NCBI GenBank assembly: GCA_038260095.1
Contig: JBBSOC010000006.1
Location: 1-57,881 of the forward strand
Origin: Mycobacteriales bacterium
GTDB lineage: Bacteria > Actinomycetota > Actinomycetes > Mycobacteriales > QHCE01
DNA length: 57,881 nt
Reading direction: 5' to 3'
The translations under genes and the position numbers were made by a program. The notes beneath the pieces are model-generated. The model was not told the DNA's origin. It made no database searches and worked only from the letters and a program-made list of their open reading frames with translations. This document shows positions 8,728 to 19,043 of this stretch, piece after piece (the first letter of the stretch is position 1; each line of letters starts with the position of its first letter).

Positions 8728-9738
8728 TTATGCAAACTCGATGGAGAAATGCTTTCCAACTGATGGTGTGGTCGCGCGCTTGAGTGTTCGGATTACCGGC
8801 GCGGTCTCGACGTGGTCGATGGCGTCAATTTTTCCTATTCTTTCGGTCAGGTAAGTGTATAAGGCGTCGACGTCGCGACAGAGAACGTTGGCGAGCAGGT
8901 TGGAAGAGCCGGTCGTTGCGGCGACGAACGCGGCTTCCCGTTGTTGTGACAAGGCTTCGGCCACTTCCACCAGACGGGCGGGGCGAACGGACAGCCACAG
9001 CAGTGCTTGAGCAGTGAAACCGAGCGCCACCGGGTCAAGCTCGGTATCCAGGTATAGGACACCGGAGCGGCGAAGGTGGTTGACACGACGTCGCGCGGTG
9101 GCTTCCGCCATCCCCGTAGCCTCGGCGAGGTCAGCGAAGGCGGTGCGGCCATCGTGCCGCAACACGGCGAGCAGGCGGTCATCTCCGGCTAGATTGACGG
9201 GGTGTTCGCCGGGTGGATCATGCTGGGGCTCGAGGACCGCAGGCGTCATCTTTTGGATCTGTTCCGCGGTCAGTGCCGCCGAGCACCCATGCCAGCCGAC
9301 TGGGCCACCGACGAAGGTCCGCAGCAGACAGTGGGCGGATACCGAGACCACACGGGATGTCTTGGGAAGTTCCTGGAGCAACAGCGCGTCGGGCGCATTG
9401 GCGCCCGGCGCTCGCGCGACACAGACGATCTCCGTACCACCAGAGGTGAGCTGGACCCAGGAAGTGTCAAGACGACGCGCCAAAGCAGTGGCCACTTTGA
9501 GCGCAACATCTGGCGTACAACGCAATCGGACAAACCACTCGACTTGGCCCAGCTGCCGAGCGTCAGTCATACCCACAACCCGCAGGACGCCGGCAGCACG
9601 CAGCTTGCGGTACCGGCGGGTCACTGTCTGCTGAGATGTTCCCAACACCGTAGCCACGTGGCTGAAAGGTGCCCGTCCATCAATGTGCAGCGCATGGATC
9701 AACGCCCGATCAAGATCATCCAGTGGCATATTACGCAT
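8728..9738 (-). CDS. Lrp/AsnC-family regulator with duplicated domains
   Basis: Two HTH units (LHIDGRAPFS and LRHDGRTAFADLA); divergent from the MFS gene. Confidence 0.9.
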   Translation of the reverse strand: MRNMPLDDLDRALIHALHIDGRAPFSHVATVLGTSQQTVTRRYRKLRAAGVLRVVGMTDARQLGQVEWFVRLRCTPDVALKVATALARRLDTSWVQLTSGGTEIVCVARAPGANAPDALLLQELPKTSRVVSVSAHCLLRTFVGGPVGWHGCSAALTAEQIQKMTPAVLEPQHDPPGEHPVNLAGDDRLLAVLRHDGRTAFADLAEATGMAEATARRRVNHLRRSGVLYLDTELDPVALGFTAQALLWLSVRPARLVEVAEALSQQREAAFVAATTGSSNLLANVLCRDVDALYTYLTERIGKIDAIDHVETAPVIRTLKRATTPSVGKHFSIEFA

Positions 9739-9821
9739 ACTACTGGCTCGAAGGTGGAAGTACCCGTCTGAATAACTGTTATTTATGGAGTCTAGAGTCC
9801 CGACTGCCTAGCGTCGTGGAT

Positions 9822-11270
9822 ATGACCACTCATCATGCTCTCGCCGACCGTTACCGATGGCGCTGGCTGGCGTTAGGAGCCTTGCTGCTCGCGGAGGCGA
9901 TGAATCTTCTCGACGCCACGATCGTGCAAGTCGCCGCACCCGCCATACGTACCGATCTGGGGGCCACCGACGGACAGATGCAGTGGTTGACCGCGGGATA
10001 TACGTTGCCGTTCGCTGTGCTGTTGATAACTGGAGGACGACTGGGAGACATCCTGGGACGCAAACGTGCCTTCGTCGCCGGGATGGCTTTGTTCGTGCTG
10101 TGCTCCTCGCTCTGCGCGATCGCACCAAACGTGTCGATGTTGCTCGCGGCGCGGGTACTGCAGAGCGCCAGCGCGGCATTGATCATCCCGCAGACGTTTG
10201 GGTTGATCCGTGCCATGTTTGAGGGGGTGGAGCTCGCCAAAGCGTTGGGGATGATCGGCCCGGTCATGGCGTTGGCCGCGGTGTGTGGTCCCGTGCTCGG
10301 CGGTGTGCTCACCGACACGAACATCCTCGGCGTGGGGTGGCGCTCGGTGTTCGGAGTCAACGTGCCGCTGGGCGTCGCGGTGCTGCTGGTTTCGCCCCTC
10401 ATACGCGAGGATCGCTCACCCCACAATCCGCGGCTCGACCTTGTCGGGACTGTCTTGGTGGCCATTGCGGCAAGTCTGCTGATCTACCCGCTAGTGCAAG
10501 GCAACGATGCCGGCTGGCCGGCGTGGACCTGGGTGAGCCTGATGCTCGGGGTCGTGGTGCTGGCGGCGTTCATACGGCATCAAATCGAAACGGTGCGGCG
10601 GGCAGGAAGCCCGCTCGTCGAACCCGGATTGTTCCGCGACCGCATGTTTCCCGCCGCGATGCTCAGCTCGCTGCTGTTCTTCGCGGTGATGAACGGACTG
10701 ATGTTCGTGCTTGTCGTCTTCCTTCAGATCGGACCCGGCATGAGCGCCTTGGGTGCCGGACTCACCATGCTGCCATGGTCGGTCGGGCTCGCTGTCGGAT
10801 CGTGGTTCGCTGGAGCGGTACTGGTACCCCGCTTCGGCGCCCGCGTGATGCGCGCTGGGGTTGTCATGACCGTGCTGGGCTTGGGTAGCACCGCAATGCT
10901 CGTAGCGGCTCCGGCCTCCGAACTGACATGGCGACTGCCACTACCGCTCCTGGTAGCAGGAACAGGACTCGGAATGTTCACCGTTCCCTTCTTCACCAAC
11001 ACGCTTTCCCGGGTAGCCCATCACGAGACCGGATCCGCATCCGGGCTGCTCAACGCCGTCCAACAGCTCGGCGCAACGGTCGGAGTCACGCTGCTCGGTA
11101 CCGTCTTCTTCCACTTCACACGAAACCGCACAACACAACTCGCGTCTTGCGCCGCCACTGGGACACAGCTAGCGCTGTGGATCTCTAGCGCAATGCTCGT
11201 AGCCGTCCTCGCACTGACATACCCCATGCTTCCCAAGCCACGTACGCCACGCACGCACCTACTCGGCTAA
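9822..11270 (+). CDS. MFS drug efflux transporter (DHA2/EmrB-QacA type)
   Basis: [23 protein letters not shown] motif A, about 14 hydrophobic segments; ATG at 9822. Confidence 0.92.
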   Translation: MTTHHALADRYRWRWLALGALLLAEAMNLLDATIVQVAAPAIRTDLGATDGQMQWLTAGYTLPFAVLLITGGRLGDILGRKRAFVAGMALFVLCSSLCAIAPNVSMLLAARVLQSASAALIIPQTFGLIRAMFEGVELAKALGMIGPVMALAAVCGPVLGGVLTDTNILGVGWRSVFGVNVPLGVAVLLVSPLIREDRSPHNPRLDLVGTVLVAIAASLLIYPLVQGNDAGWPAWTWVSLMLGVVVLAAFIRHQIETVRRAGSPLVEPGLFRDRMFPAAMLSSLLFFAVMNGLMFVLVVFLQIGPGMSALGAGLTMLPWSVGLAVGSWFAGAVLVPRFGARVMRAGVVMTVLGLGSTAMLVAAPASELTWRLPLPLLVAGTGLGMFTVPFFTNTLSRVAHHETGSASGLLNAVQQLGATVGVTLLGTVFFHFTRNRTTQLASCAATGTQLALWISSAMLVAVLALTYPMLPKPRTPRTHLLG

Positions 11271-11276
11271 GGCTCC

Positions 11277-11359
11277 AGGCGCGCCGTGGCACTTTTTGTA
11301 CTTCTTGCCCGAACCACACGGACATGGGGCGTTGCGTGCCGGATCAGTGCTCACCCGCT
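11277..11359 (-). repeat. Direct-repeat copy of the secA 3' end (SEC-C coding segment)
   Basis: 83 bp matching 12102-12184 with 3 mismatches; 11281-11347 identical. Confidence 0.97.
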
Positions 11360-11379
11360 TGTCGCTCAAACACTGCAAG

Positions 11380-11715
11380 TCACGCGACCAGTTTTGCGTT
11401 AACTAGTTCGTCATGTACCGATTGACGGACTACATGCGCCAGAGCGCTCATCTCAAGCGTAGTGGTGCGATCTGAGTTTGCGATTGCGCGCTCAACCCAT
11501 TGCCGAATCAGCGCGGTAGGCTTCATCCCTCGCGTTGTAGCGGTCTGACGCACAGCATCCAAAATAGATTTGGGTAGTCTGACGGTGACCCCAACCATCG
11601 GATCAGCTTCAATGTCAGTTTCCCAGCGCGCCGCGCCTGACTCAATAGCAGCGTTGATCTCATGCTCCATGCTGTGGTTATCGTAATATTCAGCTATCTC
11701 GTCGGTTTTACTCAT
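11380..11715 (-). CDS. CopG/BrnA-like ribbon-helix-helix antitoxin
   Basis: [10 protein letters not shown]...[14 protein letters not shown]...PTALIRQWV; ATGA overlap with the toxin. Confidence 0.8.
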   Translation of the reverse strand: MSKTDEIAEYYDNHSMEHEINAAIESGAARWETDIEADPMVGVTVRLPKSILDAVRQTATTRGMKPTALIRQWVERAIANSDRTTTLEMSALAHVVRQSVHDELVNAKLVA

Positions 11716-11981
11716 GGTCGGGCTCCCTTCAAAAAAGCAGCGCGTTCAGCACGATTCATGTCCCGCGCGGTGCAAACAACCAACCGCCCATCTTCGTCAG
11801 CTGCAAGCACCACGAATAAATACCGCCCCTCGGAGGTGCGCCCTAAAATGCAGGTTGTATCGTCACGGCCGGTCAGGACCAAGCGGGGCTTTCCATACAC
11901 AACCTCCTCTACCTCAGGCGGCGTCACGTTGTGTCGAGCTATGTGTTCATCGCGCCGCTCGGTCCATCGAATCTCGCGCAC
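11712..11981 (-). CDS. BrnT-family toxin
   Basis: IRWTERRDEHIARHNVTPPEVEEV...GRTSEGRYLFVV...TARDMNRAER; GTG 11981 lies just after a TACAAT -10 box (probably leaderless). Confidence 0.85.
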   Translation of the reverse strand: MREIRWTERRDEHIARHNVTPPEVEEVVYGKPRLVLTGRDDTTCILGRTSEGRYLFVVLAADEDGRLVVCTARDMNRAERAAFLKGARP

Positions 11982-11985
11982 ACAC

Positions 11986-12010
11986 AATTGTAACACAATG
12001 CGTTACAATT
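11986..12010. promoter_or_regulatory. Palindromic operator overlapping the -10 box of brnTA
   Basis: AATTGTAAC-7 nt-GTTACAATT perfect inverted repeat. Confidence 0.7.
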
Positions 12011-12080
12011 CGACAGAGAGTGGCGCCGCACCAGCTTCAGCGACTAGTTTTGCGTTGTGTCGGCGAACTCGACAACGCGC

Positions 12081-14939
12081 TTAGTCAGCACTACCACCAC
12101 TAGGTGCGCCGTGGCACTTTTTGTACTTCTTGCCCGAACCACACGGACATGGGGCGTTGCGTGCCGGATCAGCACTCACCCGCTGCCTCCCGACGGCCAC
12201 CCCAGAGTCCTGACCAGCAAAGCTGTTTAGCGGCGCACCTGCCAAGCCGGCGTCACCGTCCAAGGTGGGGGCCGAGTACTGCAGGTTGACGGGTTGCCGC
12301 CGCGGCGTACCGAGCCCTTTAGCGTGGATCTCCCGGTGCTTGCGGGCGACCTCAGCAATCTCAGCAACATCAAGCACCCGTGTGGGATCGTCAAGCTCGG
12401 CATAGGCTTCAGCAGAGTCAGGCGCCTCTTCTATCTGCACTTCCAGCTTAAACAGATACCGAACCGACTCCTCTTTCACGCCCTCCAACAGCGCGCTGAA
12501 CAAATCAAACGCCTCACGCTGGTATTCCACCAGGGGGTCACGCTGACCGTAGCCCCGCAAAGTGATGCCGTCACGCAGATAGTCCATCTCATACAGGTGC
12601 GCGCGCCACCTACGGTCAAGCACCGTGAGCACTACCATGCGCTCAAGCTCCCGGAGCGCCTCTGGTCCCAGCTCCTTCTCGCGCTCGTCGTAAGCGGCAT
12701 GGATGTCGTCATGCACTTGCTCAAGCAGAAACTCGGCGTCCAACGACTCGCGGCCACCGGCGTCGGATTCAATCTCCTGCACGGTAATGGAGATGGGGTA
12801 CAGCTGCTCCAACTGTGTCCACAGCTGATCAAGGTTCCAGTCTTCGGCGTAGCGTTCGGCCGTGGCGTTAGTGAGATAGTCACCAACCACATCATCGATC
12901 ATGTTGCGAATCTGGCCGGACAAGTCCGCGCCCTGCAGCACTTTGTCGCGCTCGCCGTAGATGAGCATGCGCTGCTTGTTGTCGATCTCGTCGTATTTGA
13001 GCACGTTCTTGCGGGTCTCGGCGTTGAGCTGCTCCAACTGTGTCTGAGCCCCCTGAATCTGACGGCTCACCATCCTCGACTCAATCGGTACGTCATCGGC
13101 CATACGCAGGCCATTCATCACTGCCTCGACCGCGCCCGAATTGAATCTGCGCATCAACTCGTCCTGGAGCGACAAGTAGAAACGGGACTCACCCGGGTCG
13201 CCTTGCCTACCGGAGCGACCACGCAGCTGGTTGTCGATCCGCCGAGAATCGTGCCGCTCCGTACCCAGTACGTACAGGCCGCCAGCATCCAGAACGTCCC
13301 GCTCAGCCGCCTTGCGGAGCTGCTTAGCCCGAACCACAGCGGCTTCCCACTCAGCTTGATAGGTTTCCGGGTCCGCTTCGGGAGTGATTCCACGTTGCCG
13401 CAGCTGCGCCGCGGCCGTGTACTCAGGATTACCACCGAGCATGATGTCGGTACCCCGACCGGCCATGTTGGTTGCCACAGTCACAGCTCGCGGGCTCCCG
13501 GCCTGCGCAATGATCTCTGCTTCCTTGGAGTGGTTCTTGGCATTGAGTACCTCGTGCTTAACACCTCGGCGGACCAGCATGCTCGAGAGCAGTTCAGATT
13601 TCGCCACGCTCGTGGTGCCCACAAGTACCGGCTGATCAGCAGCATGGCGCTCCACGATGTCTTCAACCACCGCGGCGAACTTGGCTTTCTCAGTCTTATA
13701 AATCACGTCCGGCTGATCGATACGCACCATAGGCAGATTGGTCGGGATCGAAACCACACCAATGTCGTACGTCTTTTGGAACTCGGCCGCCTCGGTCATG
13801 GCGGTACCGGTCATTCCGGCAAGTTTCTTGTAGAGGCGGTAGTAGTTTTGCAGCGTGATGGTGGCCAGCGTCTGGTTCTCTTCTTTGATTCGGACGCCTT
13901 CTTTGGCCTCAATGGCCTGGTGCATACCTTCGTTGAAGCGCCGACCGGCGAGCACCCGACCGGTGAACTCGTCCACGATGAGCACCTCACCGTCGGTGAC
14001 GATGTAGTCTTTGTCGCATTTGAACAGCTCTTTGGCCTTGAGCGCGTTGTTCATGTAGCTGATCAGCGGAGTGTTAGCGGCTTCATACAGATTGTCGATA
14101 CCCAGCTGATTCTCCACCTTGGCCACACCTACCTCGGTGATGCCAATCATGCGCTTAGCTTCGTCGACTTCGTAATCAACATCGCGCTTGAGCTTGGGCA
14201 CCATGCGTGCGAACTCCGTGTACCACTTGCCCGACTGTTCCACCGGGCCGGAGATGATCAGCGGCGTGCGCGCCTCATCGATGAGGATCGAGTCGACCTC
14301 GTCCACAATCGCGAACACATGACCGCGCTGCACCATCTCATTCCTAGACCAGGCCATTTTGTCGCGGAGAAAGTCGAACCCGAATTCATTATTCGTGCCG
14401 TAGGTGATGTCGCAGCTGTACTGCATCCGACGGTGCTCGGGCGGTTCGTTGGCCAAAATTACGCCAGTCTCCAAGCCCATGAAGCGATGCACTCGCCCCA
14501 TGGTTTCGGCGTCACGTGCGGCCAGATAATCGTTTACAGTCACAACGTGCACCCCATCGCCGGACAACGCGTTGAGGTACGCAGTTGGAACGCAGGTGAG
14601 AGTCTTACCCTCACCGGTCTTCATCTCGGAGATGTTGCCAAAGTGCAGCGCCGCCGCACCCATTAGCTGCACGTCATAATGACGCTGGCCGAGCACCCGA
14701 CTGGCGGCCTCTCGAACGGCGGCGAAAGCTTCGGGCAATAGATCGTCGAGGGTCTCACCATCGCCGTAACGCTGCTTGAACTCATCGGTGAGCGCGCGCA
14801 GCTCTGCATCGGTAAAGTCAGTGAACTCGTGCTCGAGCTCGTTCACCGCGTCCGCGATGCCCTTTAAACGGCGGATGGTGCGACCTTCGCCTATGCGAAG
14901 AACCTTTTCCAGAAACACAGCGGATGCCTCTCGTGCCAC
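12081..14939 (-). CDS. secA: Preprotein translocase ATPase SecA
   Basis: [39 protein letters not shown]-terminal [14 protein letters not shown]. Confidence 0.99.
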   Translation of the reverse strand: MAREASAVFLEKVLRIGEGRTIRRLKGIADAVNELEHEFTDFTDAELRALTDEFKQRYGDGETLDDLLPEAFAAVREAASRVLGQRHYDVQLMGAAALHFGNISEMKTGEGKTLTCVPTAYLNALSGDGVHVVTVNDYLAARDAETMGRVHRFMGLETGVILANEPPEHRRMQYSCDITYGTNNEFGFDFLRDKMAWSRNEMVQRGHVFAIVDEVDSILIDEARTPLIISGPVEQSGKWYTEFARMVPKLKRDVDYEVDEAKRMIGITEVGVAKVENQLGIDNLYEAANTPLISYMNNALKAKELFKCDKDYIVTDGEVLIVDEFTGRVLAGRRFNEGMHQAIEAKEGVRIKEENQTLATITLQNYYRLYKKLAGMTGTAMTEAAEFQKTYDIGVVSIPTNLPMVRIDQPDVIYKTEKAKFAAVVEDIVERHAADQPVLVGTTSVAKSELLSSMLVRRGVKHEVLNAKNHSKEAEIIAQAGSPRAVTVATNMAGRGTDIMLGGNPEYTAAAQLRQRGITPEADPETYQAEWEAAVVRAKQLRKAAERDVLDAGGLYVLGTERHDSRRIDNQLRGRSGRQGDPGESRFYLSLQDELMRRFNSGAVEAVMNGLRMADDVPIESRMVSRQIQGAQTQLEQLNAETRKNVLKYDEIDNKQRMLIYGERDKVLQGADLSGQIRNMIDDVVGDYLTNATAERYAEDWNLDQLWTQLEQLYPISITVQEIESDAGGRESLDAEFLLEQVHDDIHAAYDEREKELGPEALRELERMVVLTVLDRRWRAHLYEMDYLRDGITLRGYGQRDPLVEYQREAFDLFSALLEGVKEESVRYLFKLEVQIEEAPDSAEAYAELDDPTRVLDVAEIAEVARKHREIHAKGLGTPRRQPVNLQYSAPTLDGDAGLAGAPLNSFAGQDSGVAVGRQRVSADPARNAPCPCGSGKKYKKCHGAPSGGSAD

Positions 14940-15028
14940 GAAACGATGTCACTCAGACACCCATGGTATGTCGAAGCCCAAAAGCAAAGTCAGCGACTGC
15001 CGATATCGGCAGCCGCTGACTTCTTCTC

Positions 15029-15258
15029 TAGGCAAGACGACGAGAACGCAATTAGGCGGATACCTACCGATAGGTCCCTGCCAAGGCCGCAGGAGCCGCC
15101 GCCTACGCCATACCCACTGCCGGCTCGCAAGCTGCGCCGGGCATAGGCAAGGCGACGGGAACAGGCGCAGTACCTACCCCCCGTTCCCTGCCAAGGCCGC
15201 AGGAGCCGCCGCCTACGAAGGTAGGCAAGGCGACGAGAACGCCGGCAGGGAACGGGGG
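15029..15258. repeat. Cluster of palindromic REP/MITE-like intergenic units
   Basis: Identical 33-mers at 15075-15107 and 15185-15217; TAGGCAAG(G/A)CGACG(A/G)GAAC at 15029, 15144 and 15222; 15-bp perfect inverted repeat 15178-15192/15244-15258. Confidence 0.85.
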
Positions 15259-15263
15259 GACGG

Positions 15264-16028
15264 CTAGCTTTCCAGGCTTAGCACGCCGTAGTTGTAGCCC
15301 TTACGCCGATATACCACGCTGGGAAGGCTAGTGTCTACGTCGCTGAACAAGTAAAAATCGTGTCCTACCAGCTCCATTTCAAAAAGAGCCTGATCAACCG
15401 TCATAGGCTTCGCGGTGTGCTCCTTATTCCGCACTACCTGACCCGGAAACGAGTGGTCAACGCCACTAACCTCCATTTCGGAGCTTCCGTCGTCTTCAAA
15501 GCGGAGGCTTTGCAGGCTGTCCCAGCTATCGTTGGCGGCAACTGAGTCACTGTTCTCGATACCCACTCGCTGCCGAGGCAGCGAAATGACACTGTCCAGA
15601 TAACCTGGCCCGGCAGCTGCCTGAGCCAAGCTTGCGGTAGCCGCCGACACCGACACCGGTGTACGCCGACCACGGTGGATACGGCGGCGATCAGCTGCCC
15701 GGCGAAGTCTCCCCTCAAGCTTTGCGGCTGCCTTATCGAGCGCGGAATAGAAATCGCCAGCGCATGACTCGCTGCGGATTACCGGACCACGGGACCTGCA
15801 GGTCAGCTCGATGCGTTGGCACGTATGCGATTGACGAGGATTGGGCTCGTGAAAGAGCTCTACATCTACGCGAAACAGCTTGCTGTCGTAACGCATAAGC
15901 CGGGCAAGTTTGTCTGCCACGTGCTCGCGATAATGCTCGGGTACCTCGACATTACGTCCGGTGACAGTGATCTGGACTGGACTGCTTGTATCAGTGATCG
16001 CAACTGCTGCGTCGGTGTCAGTGTGCAT
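15264..16028 (-). CDS. hpf: Ribosome hibernation promoting factor (long HPF)
   Basis: ITVTGRNVEVPEHYR, PMTVDQALFEMELVGHDFYLF, VYRRKGYNYG; GGAGG RBS. Confidence 0.95.
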   Translation of the reverse strand: MHTDTDAAVAITDTSSPVQITVTGRNVEVPEHYREHVADKLARLMRYDSKLFRVDVELFHEPNPRQSHTCQRIELTCRSRGPVIRSESCAGDFYSALDKAAAKLEGRLRRAADRRRIHRGRRTPVSVSAATASLAQAAAGPGYLDSVISLPRQRVGIENSDSVAANDSWDSLQSLRFEDDGSSEMEVSGVDHSFPGQVVRNKEHTAKPMTVDQALFEMELVGHDFYLFSDVDTSLPSVVYRRKGYNYGVLSLES

Positions 16029-16303
16029 GGCGTACCTCCACAATATTCGCTAACTGCTAGGGCAAACCACTGGGCTGAATTCAGGTTGCATACGGGCTAC
16101 ATAGTGTTCTCAGTCCCGGTGGTCAATCGCTATACGTGCTCCCTTCATTGAAGTAAGGAACTACAACCCAGCGCTTGCAGCAGCTGGGTTCCGTCACCAC
16201 AAGATAGCCGAAGATAGGTGGATGATCTAGCACTGACGGTAACGCCTTCAGCAGTCAGAGTCACCCCTTCGCGCGGGAAATTTTCTACAACACCCGGCAG
16301 CTC

Positions 16304-17020
16304 TTAGCTCACCGCCGCCAGCGCTACCGCCCCAACAACGTGGCATCCAAGGCCTCGCAACGTGCCGGCGGCCTCGGCTAATGTGGCCCCGCTAGTTACG
16401 ACATCGTCTACTACGAGCACCGAAACCCCGTCCGTCAAAGGTAGCCCGCGACGCGGCACGAATCGGCCACGAATGTTGCTACGGCGAGCCACAGCACTCA
16501 AACCCAGTGAGTCTCTTGCGCCCGGAACAGCCCTCAGCATCGAAGAAACTCTGACAGGCTGCCCCACATATACGTGGCGCAGCGCCGCGCTTACCAGCGG
16601 GCGCAGATGATCGCCGCCTCGATGTCGCCGAGCAGCTCGGCTGGACGGAACGGGCACCAACAACACCCGCTCATTTGCTGGCAAGTTCTGCAAAGCCGCA
16701 GATAAACCGATGGCGAGCATGGGTGCAAGCACACAAAGTAATCGCCGCCGGTTGTGCTCCTTGTACGCCAAGAGCACGCTGCGCAGCACTCCAGCGTAGG
16801 CGGATGCGGCGATACACGTAGGAAACCCTGGTGGTGGATGTGCTGGGTGAGCGCGCCGCGGCGCCGCGCGGCATGCCGACGCACAGCCTAGACACAACAA
16901 ACCACCTGACCGGCTGCAGGAGACGCAGTATGCGGGCAGCATAAGGTCCGCTGCCACTCTGAGTAGCTCGGCATTCAAAGCGGCGAAGTTAGACATAGAA
17001 AAGCCAGGTGCGCTATTCAT
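16304..17020 (-). CDS. ComF-family phosphoribosyltransferase
   Basis: CxxC zinc motifs, VPVPSS, VVDDVVTSGATL PRPP motif. Confidence 0.9.
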   Translation of the reverse strand: MNSAPGFSMSNFAALNAELLRVAADLMLPAYCVSCSRSGGLLCLGCASACRAAPRRAHPAHPPPGFPTCIAASAYAGVLRSVLLAYKEHNRRRLLCVLAPMLAIGLSAALQNLPANERVLLVPVPSSRAARRHRGGDHLRPLVSAALRHVYVGQPVRVSSMLRAVPGARDSLGLSAVARRSNIRGRFVPRRGLPLTDGVSVLVVDDVVTSGATLAEAAGTLRGLGCHVVGAVALAAVS

Positions 17021-17095
17021 AGCAACAGCCTGTCAGCAGGGTACGACAAGGCGCCCGAGTGCGCACCATTTTCTCGGTTTAGTCAGTGAGTTCCG

Positions 17096-17266
17096 TTATC
17101 GAGCGGGGCTGGTTGAAGTTGCAGGAGTTTTTTCAGGCACCGGTACCGGACCGCTATCATCGGGTATGGTTCCGCAGCCAGCAAGCACTGTTAACGCAGC
17201 TAACAGCACCACCAGAGCGTACGCGCGGCACAGCGGTTGAGATGCCCGCGCCGCCCATGCCCTCAC
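17096..17266 (-). pseudogene. lpqB: Truncated lpqB: 56-aa lipoprotein (signal peptide, lipobox and 25 further residues)
   Basis: MRAWAARASQPLCRAYALVVLLAALTVLAGCGTIPDDSGPVPVPEKTPATSTSPAR; GTGA overlap with the mtrB stop; occupies the lpqB slot; too short for the ORF track. Confidence 0.75.
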
Positions 17267-19035
17267 TGCCGCACTCCCATGCCTCGAGCCGCAGCAGCAG
17301 TACCCGACTCATCCACAGTGTCCTCCGCCAGCTCGTCGGGGACTGCGCTTGTGAAATCAACAAAGGTCAGCATTCCCAGATCCGAGCCTGCTTGAGCTGC
17401 GGCAGGCGGCGACTGCGGTAATCCGTCGCTAGACATGACAGCGTCAGGTATCGCGTCCTCAGGCACCAAAGGTAGCGGGGAACTCTCGAGCACGCCCCCG
17501 GCGTGTCGAGGCAGCGTTAAACGGAACTGAGCACCTTGACCTCGCTGGCCCCACGCCTGTAACCACCCACGATGCAAACGAGTGTCTTCCAACGCAATGG
17601 ACAGCCCGAGCCCCGTTCCCCCCGTGTGCCGGGCCCGTGATGGGTCCCCGCGCCAAAACCGATGGAATACCGCCTCATATTCGTGCGGAGCCAGACCCAC
17701 ACCGTAATCGCGTACGGTGACAGCGACCGCATGCCGATCTGCCATCAGAGTCATCCGAACCACCGGTTCCTGCCCTATAGAAGTCGGCTCATCAGATGTC
17801 GCAACAGCCCGCCCATACTCGACAGCGTTACTGACTAAGTTTGCAATGATGCGCGCCACCCTTCTGGAGTCGAGCTCACAGACCACCGGATGCGCAGGTG
17901 CGTCTAACGCAATACGCACTCCAACACCGCTGGCAAATGCCGATAGCGAGCGTTGAGCCTGCCGAAGTAGCTCCACTACATCCGTTGGTTCAGGTTCCAG
18001 CACGGCAAATCCGCCGTCGTACCGGCTGATCTCCAATAGGTCGGCGAGCAGAGCTTGGAAATGCTCAACCTGATCGTGTAAAAGCTCAGCACTACGTGCG
18101 ACCTCGCCGCGAAACTCCCCACGAGCCCGATGCAGCACATCAGTCGCCATCTGAATTGTGGTCAGCGGCGTGCGCAATTCATGAGATACATCCGAAGTGA
18201 AACGACGCTGTAGGTTGGAGTAGCGCTCCAGCTGCATAATCTGCTGCTGCAGACTTTCGGCCATCTGATTGAACGCTCTGCCTAGCCTGGCGACCTCGTC
18301 CTCACCATGCACCGGCATGCGCTCGGTGAGGACACCCGCGGAAAGGCGCTCGGCAGTGCGCGCCGCCGCAGAAACTGGGCGCACCACCATCCGCACCACG
18401 CCGAAGGCAATACCACCCAACGCAAGCACCAGTAGGACGCCCACGCCAAAGGTCACATGTCGTACCAGTGCCACTGAGTCAACCTGACCATCCAGCGGAA
18501 AAAAATAGTACAGGTTCACCAACCCCGCCCGGGTTGACACCGGCGCGGCCATAGCAAGCACCGGGCGCGGCGGCTGACCGCCTAGCTTCATACTCACATA
18601 CTGGTATCCCAGCACGTTTCGCGCATCCACCAGGGCGGTTAGCTCGGCAGGTGCCTGAAGCTCAGCGGGGCGGCCATTGGCGACATAGTGTTTTGGTAGT
18701 CCCGGATTACCGATCTCCACGGAGACTTCGAACAGCTTGGCCCGTTCACCACGATCTGAGAGGTTTGCCGTGACTTCCTTGAGCACCGCATCTGCTTTGG
18801 TCAGATCTCCGGCGCGCAGCTGCTGCAGGCGCTGCAGAGCGTAACTCCTGCCATCATTAACCTCTTCGATAGCGTAAGCGCGGTGAAACTGCACCATTCC
18901 ACGTGAAATCTGCTCCACCATCAATATGCCTAAAACGGCCACGACAGCGCTAGAAATCAGCATAGTAAAAACCACAGCACGTAGCTGTAGTGATCTGCGC
19001 CACAAGCTTAATAGCTGACGCCATGATCTGTTCAC
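17263..19035 (-). CDS. mtrB: Sensor histidine kinase MtrB
   Basis: WRRSLQLR, HAMP domain, FTSDVSHELRTPLTT, FWRGDPSRARHTGGTGLGL; GTG 19035 chosen as start. Confidence 0.95.
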   Translation of the reverse strand: MNRSWRQLLSLWRRSLQLRAVVFTMLISSAVVAVLGILMVEQISRGMVQFHRAYAIEEVNDGRSYALQRLQQLRAGDLTKADAVLKEVTANLSDRGERAKLFEVSVEIGNPGLPKHYVANGRPAELQAPAELTALVDARNVLGYQYVSMKLGGQPPRPVLAMAAPVSTRAGLVNLYYFFPLDGQVDSVALVRHVTFGVGVLLVLALGGIAFGVVRMVVRPVSAAARTAERLSAGVLTERMPVHGEDEVARLGRAFNQMAESLQQQIMQLERYSNLQRRFTSDVSHELRTPLTTIQMATDVLHRARGEFRGEVARSAELLHDQVEHFQALLADLLEISRYDGGFAVLEPEPTDVVELLRQAQRSLSAFASGVGVRIALDAPAHPVVCELDSRRVARIIANLVSNAVEYGRAVATSDEPTSIGQEPVVRMTLMADRHAVAVTVRDYGVGLAPHEYEAVFHRFWRGDPSRARHTGGTGLGLSIALEDTRLHRGWLQAWGQRGQGAQFRLTLPRHAGGVLESSPLPLVPEDAIPDAVMSSDGLPQSPPAAAQAGSDLGMLTFVDFTSAVPDELAEDTVDESGTAAAARGMGVRQ

Positions 19036-19043
19036 AGTGATGC

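Noticed and set aside
12052-12078. Intrinsic terminator after secA
   Set aside because: An imperfect hairpin is present but has no U-tract on the secA strand, so it is not called
12294-14666. 790-aa plus-strand ORF
   Set aside because: Antisense shadow of secA caused by codon bias; no recognisable motifs
15029-15258. Possible mini-CRISPR (two identical 33-mers)
   Set aside because: The intervening DNA is itself repetitive and palindromic, the period is 110 bp, and there are no cas genes
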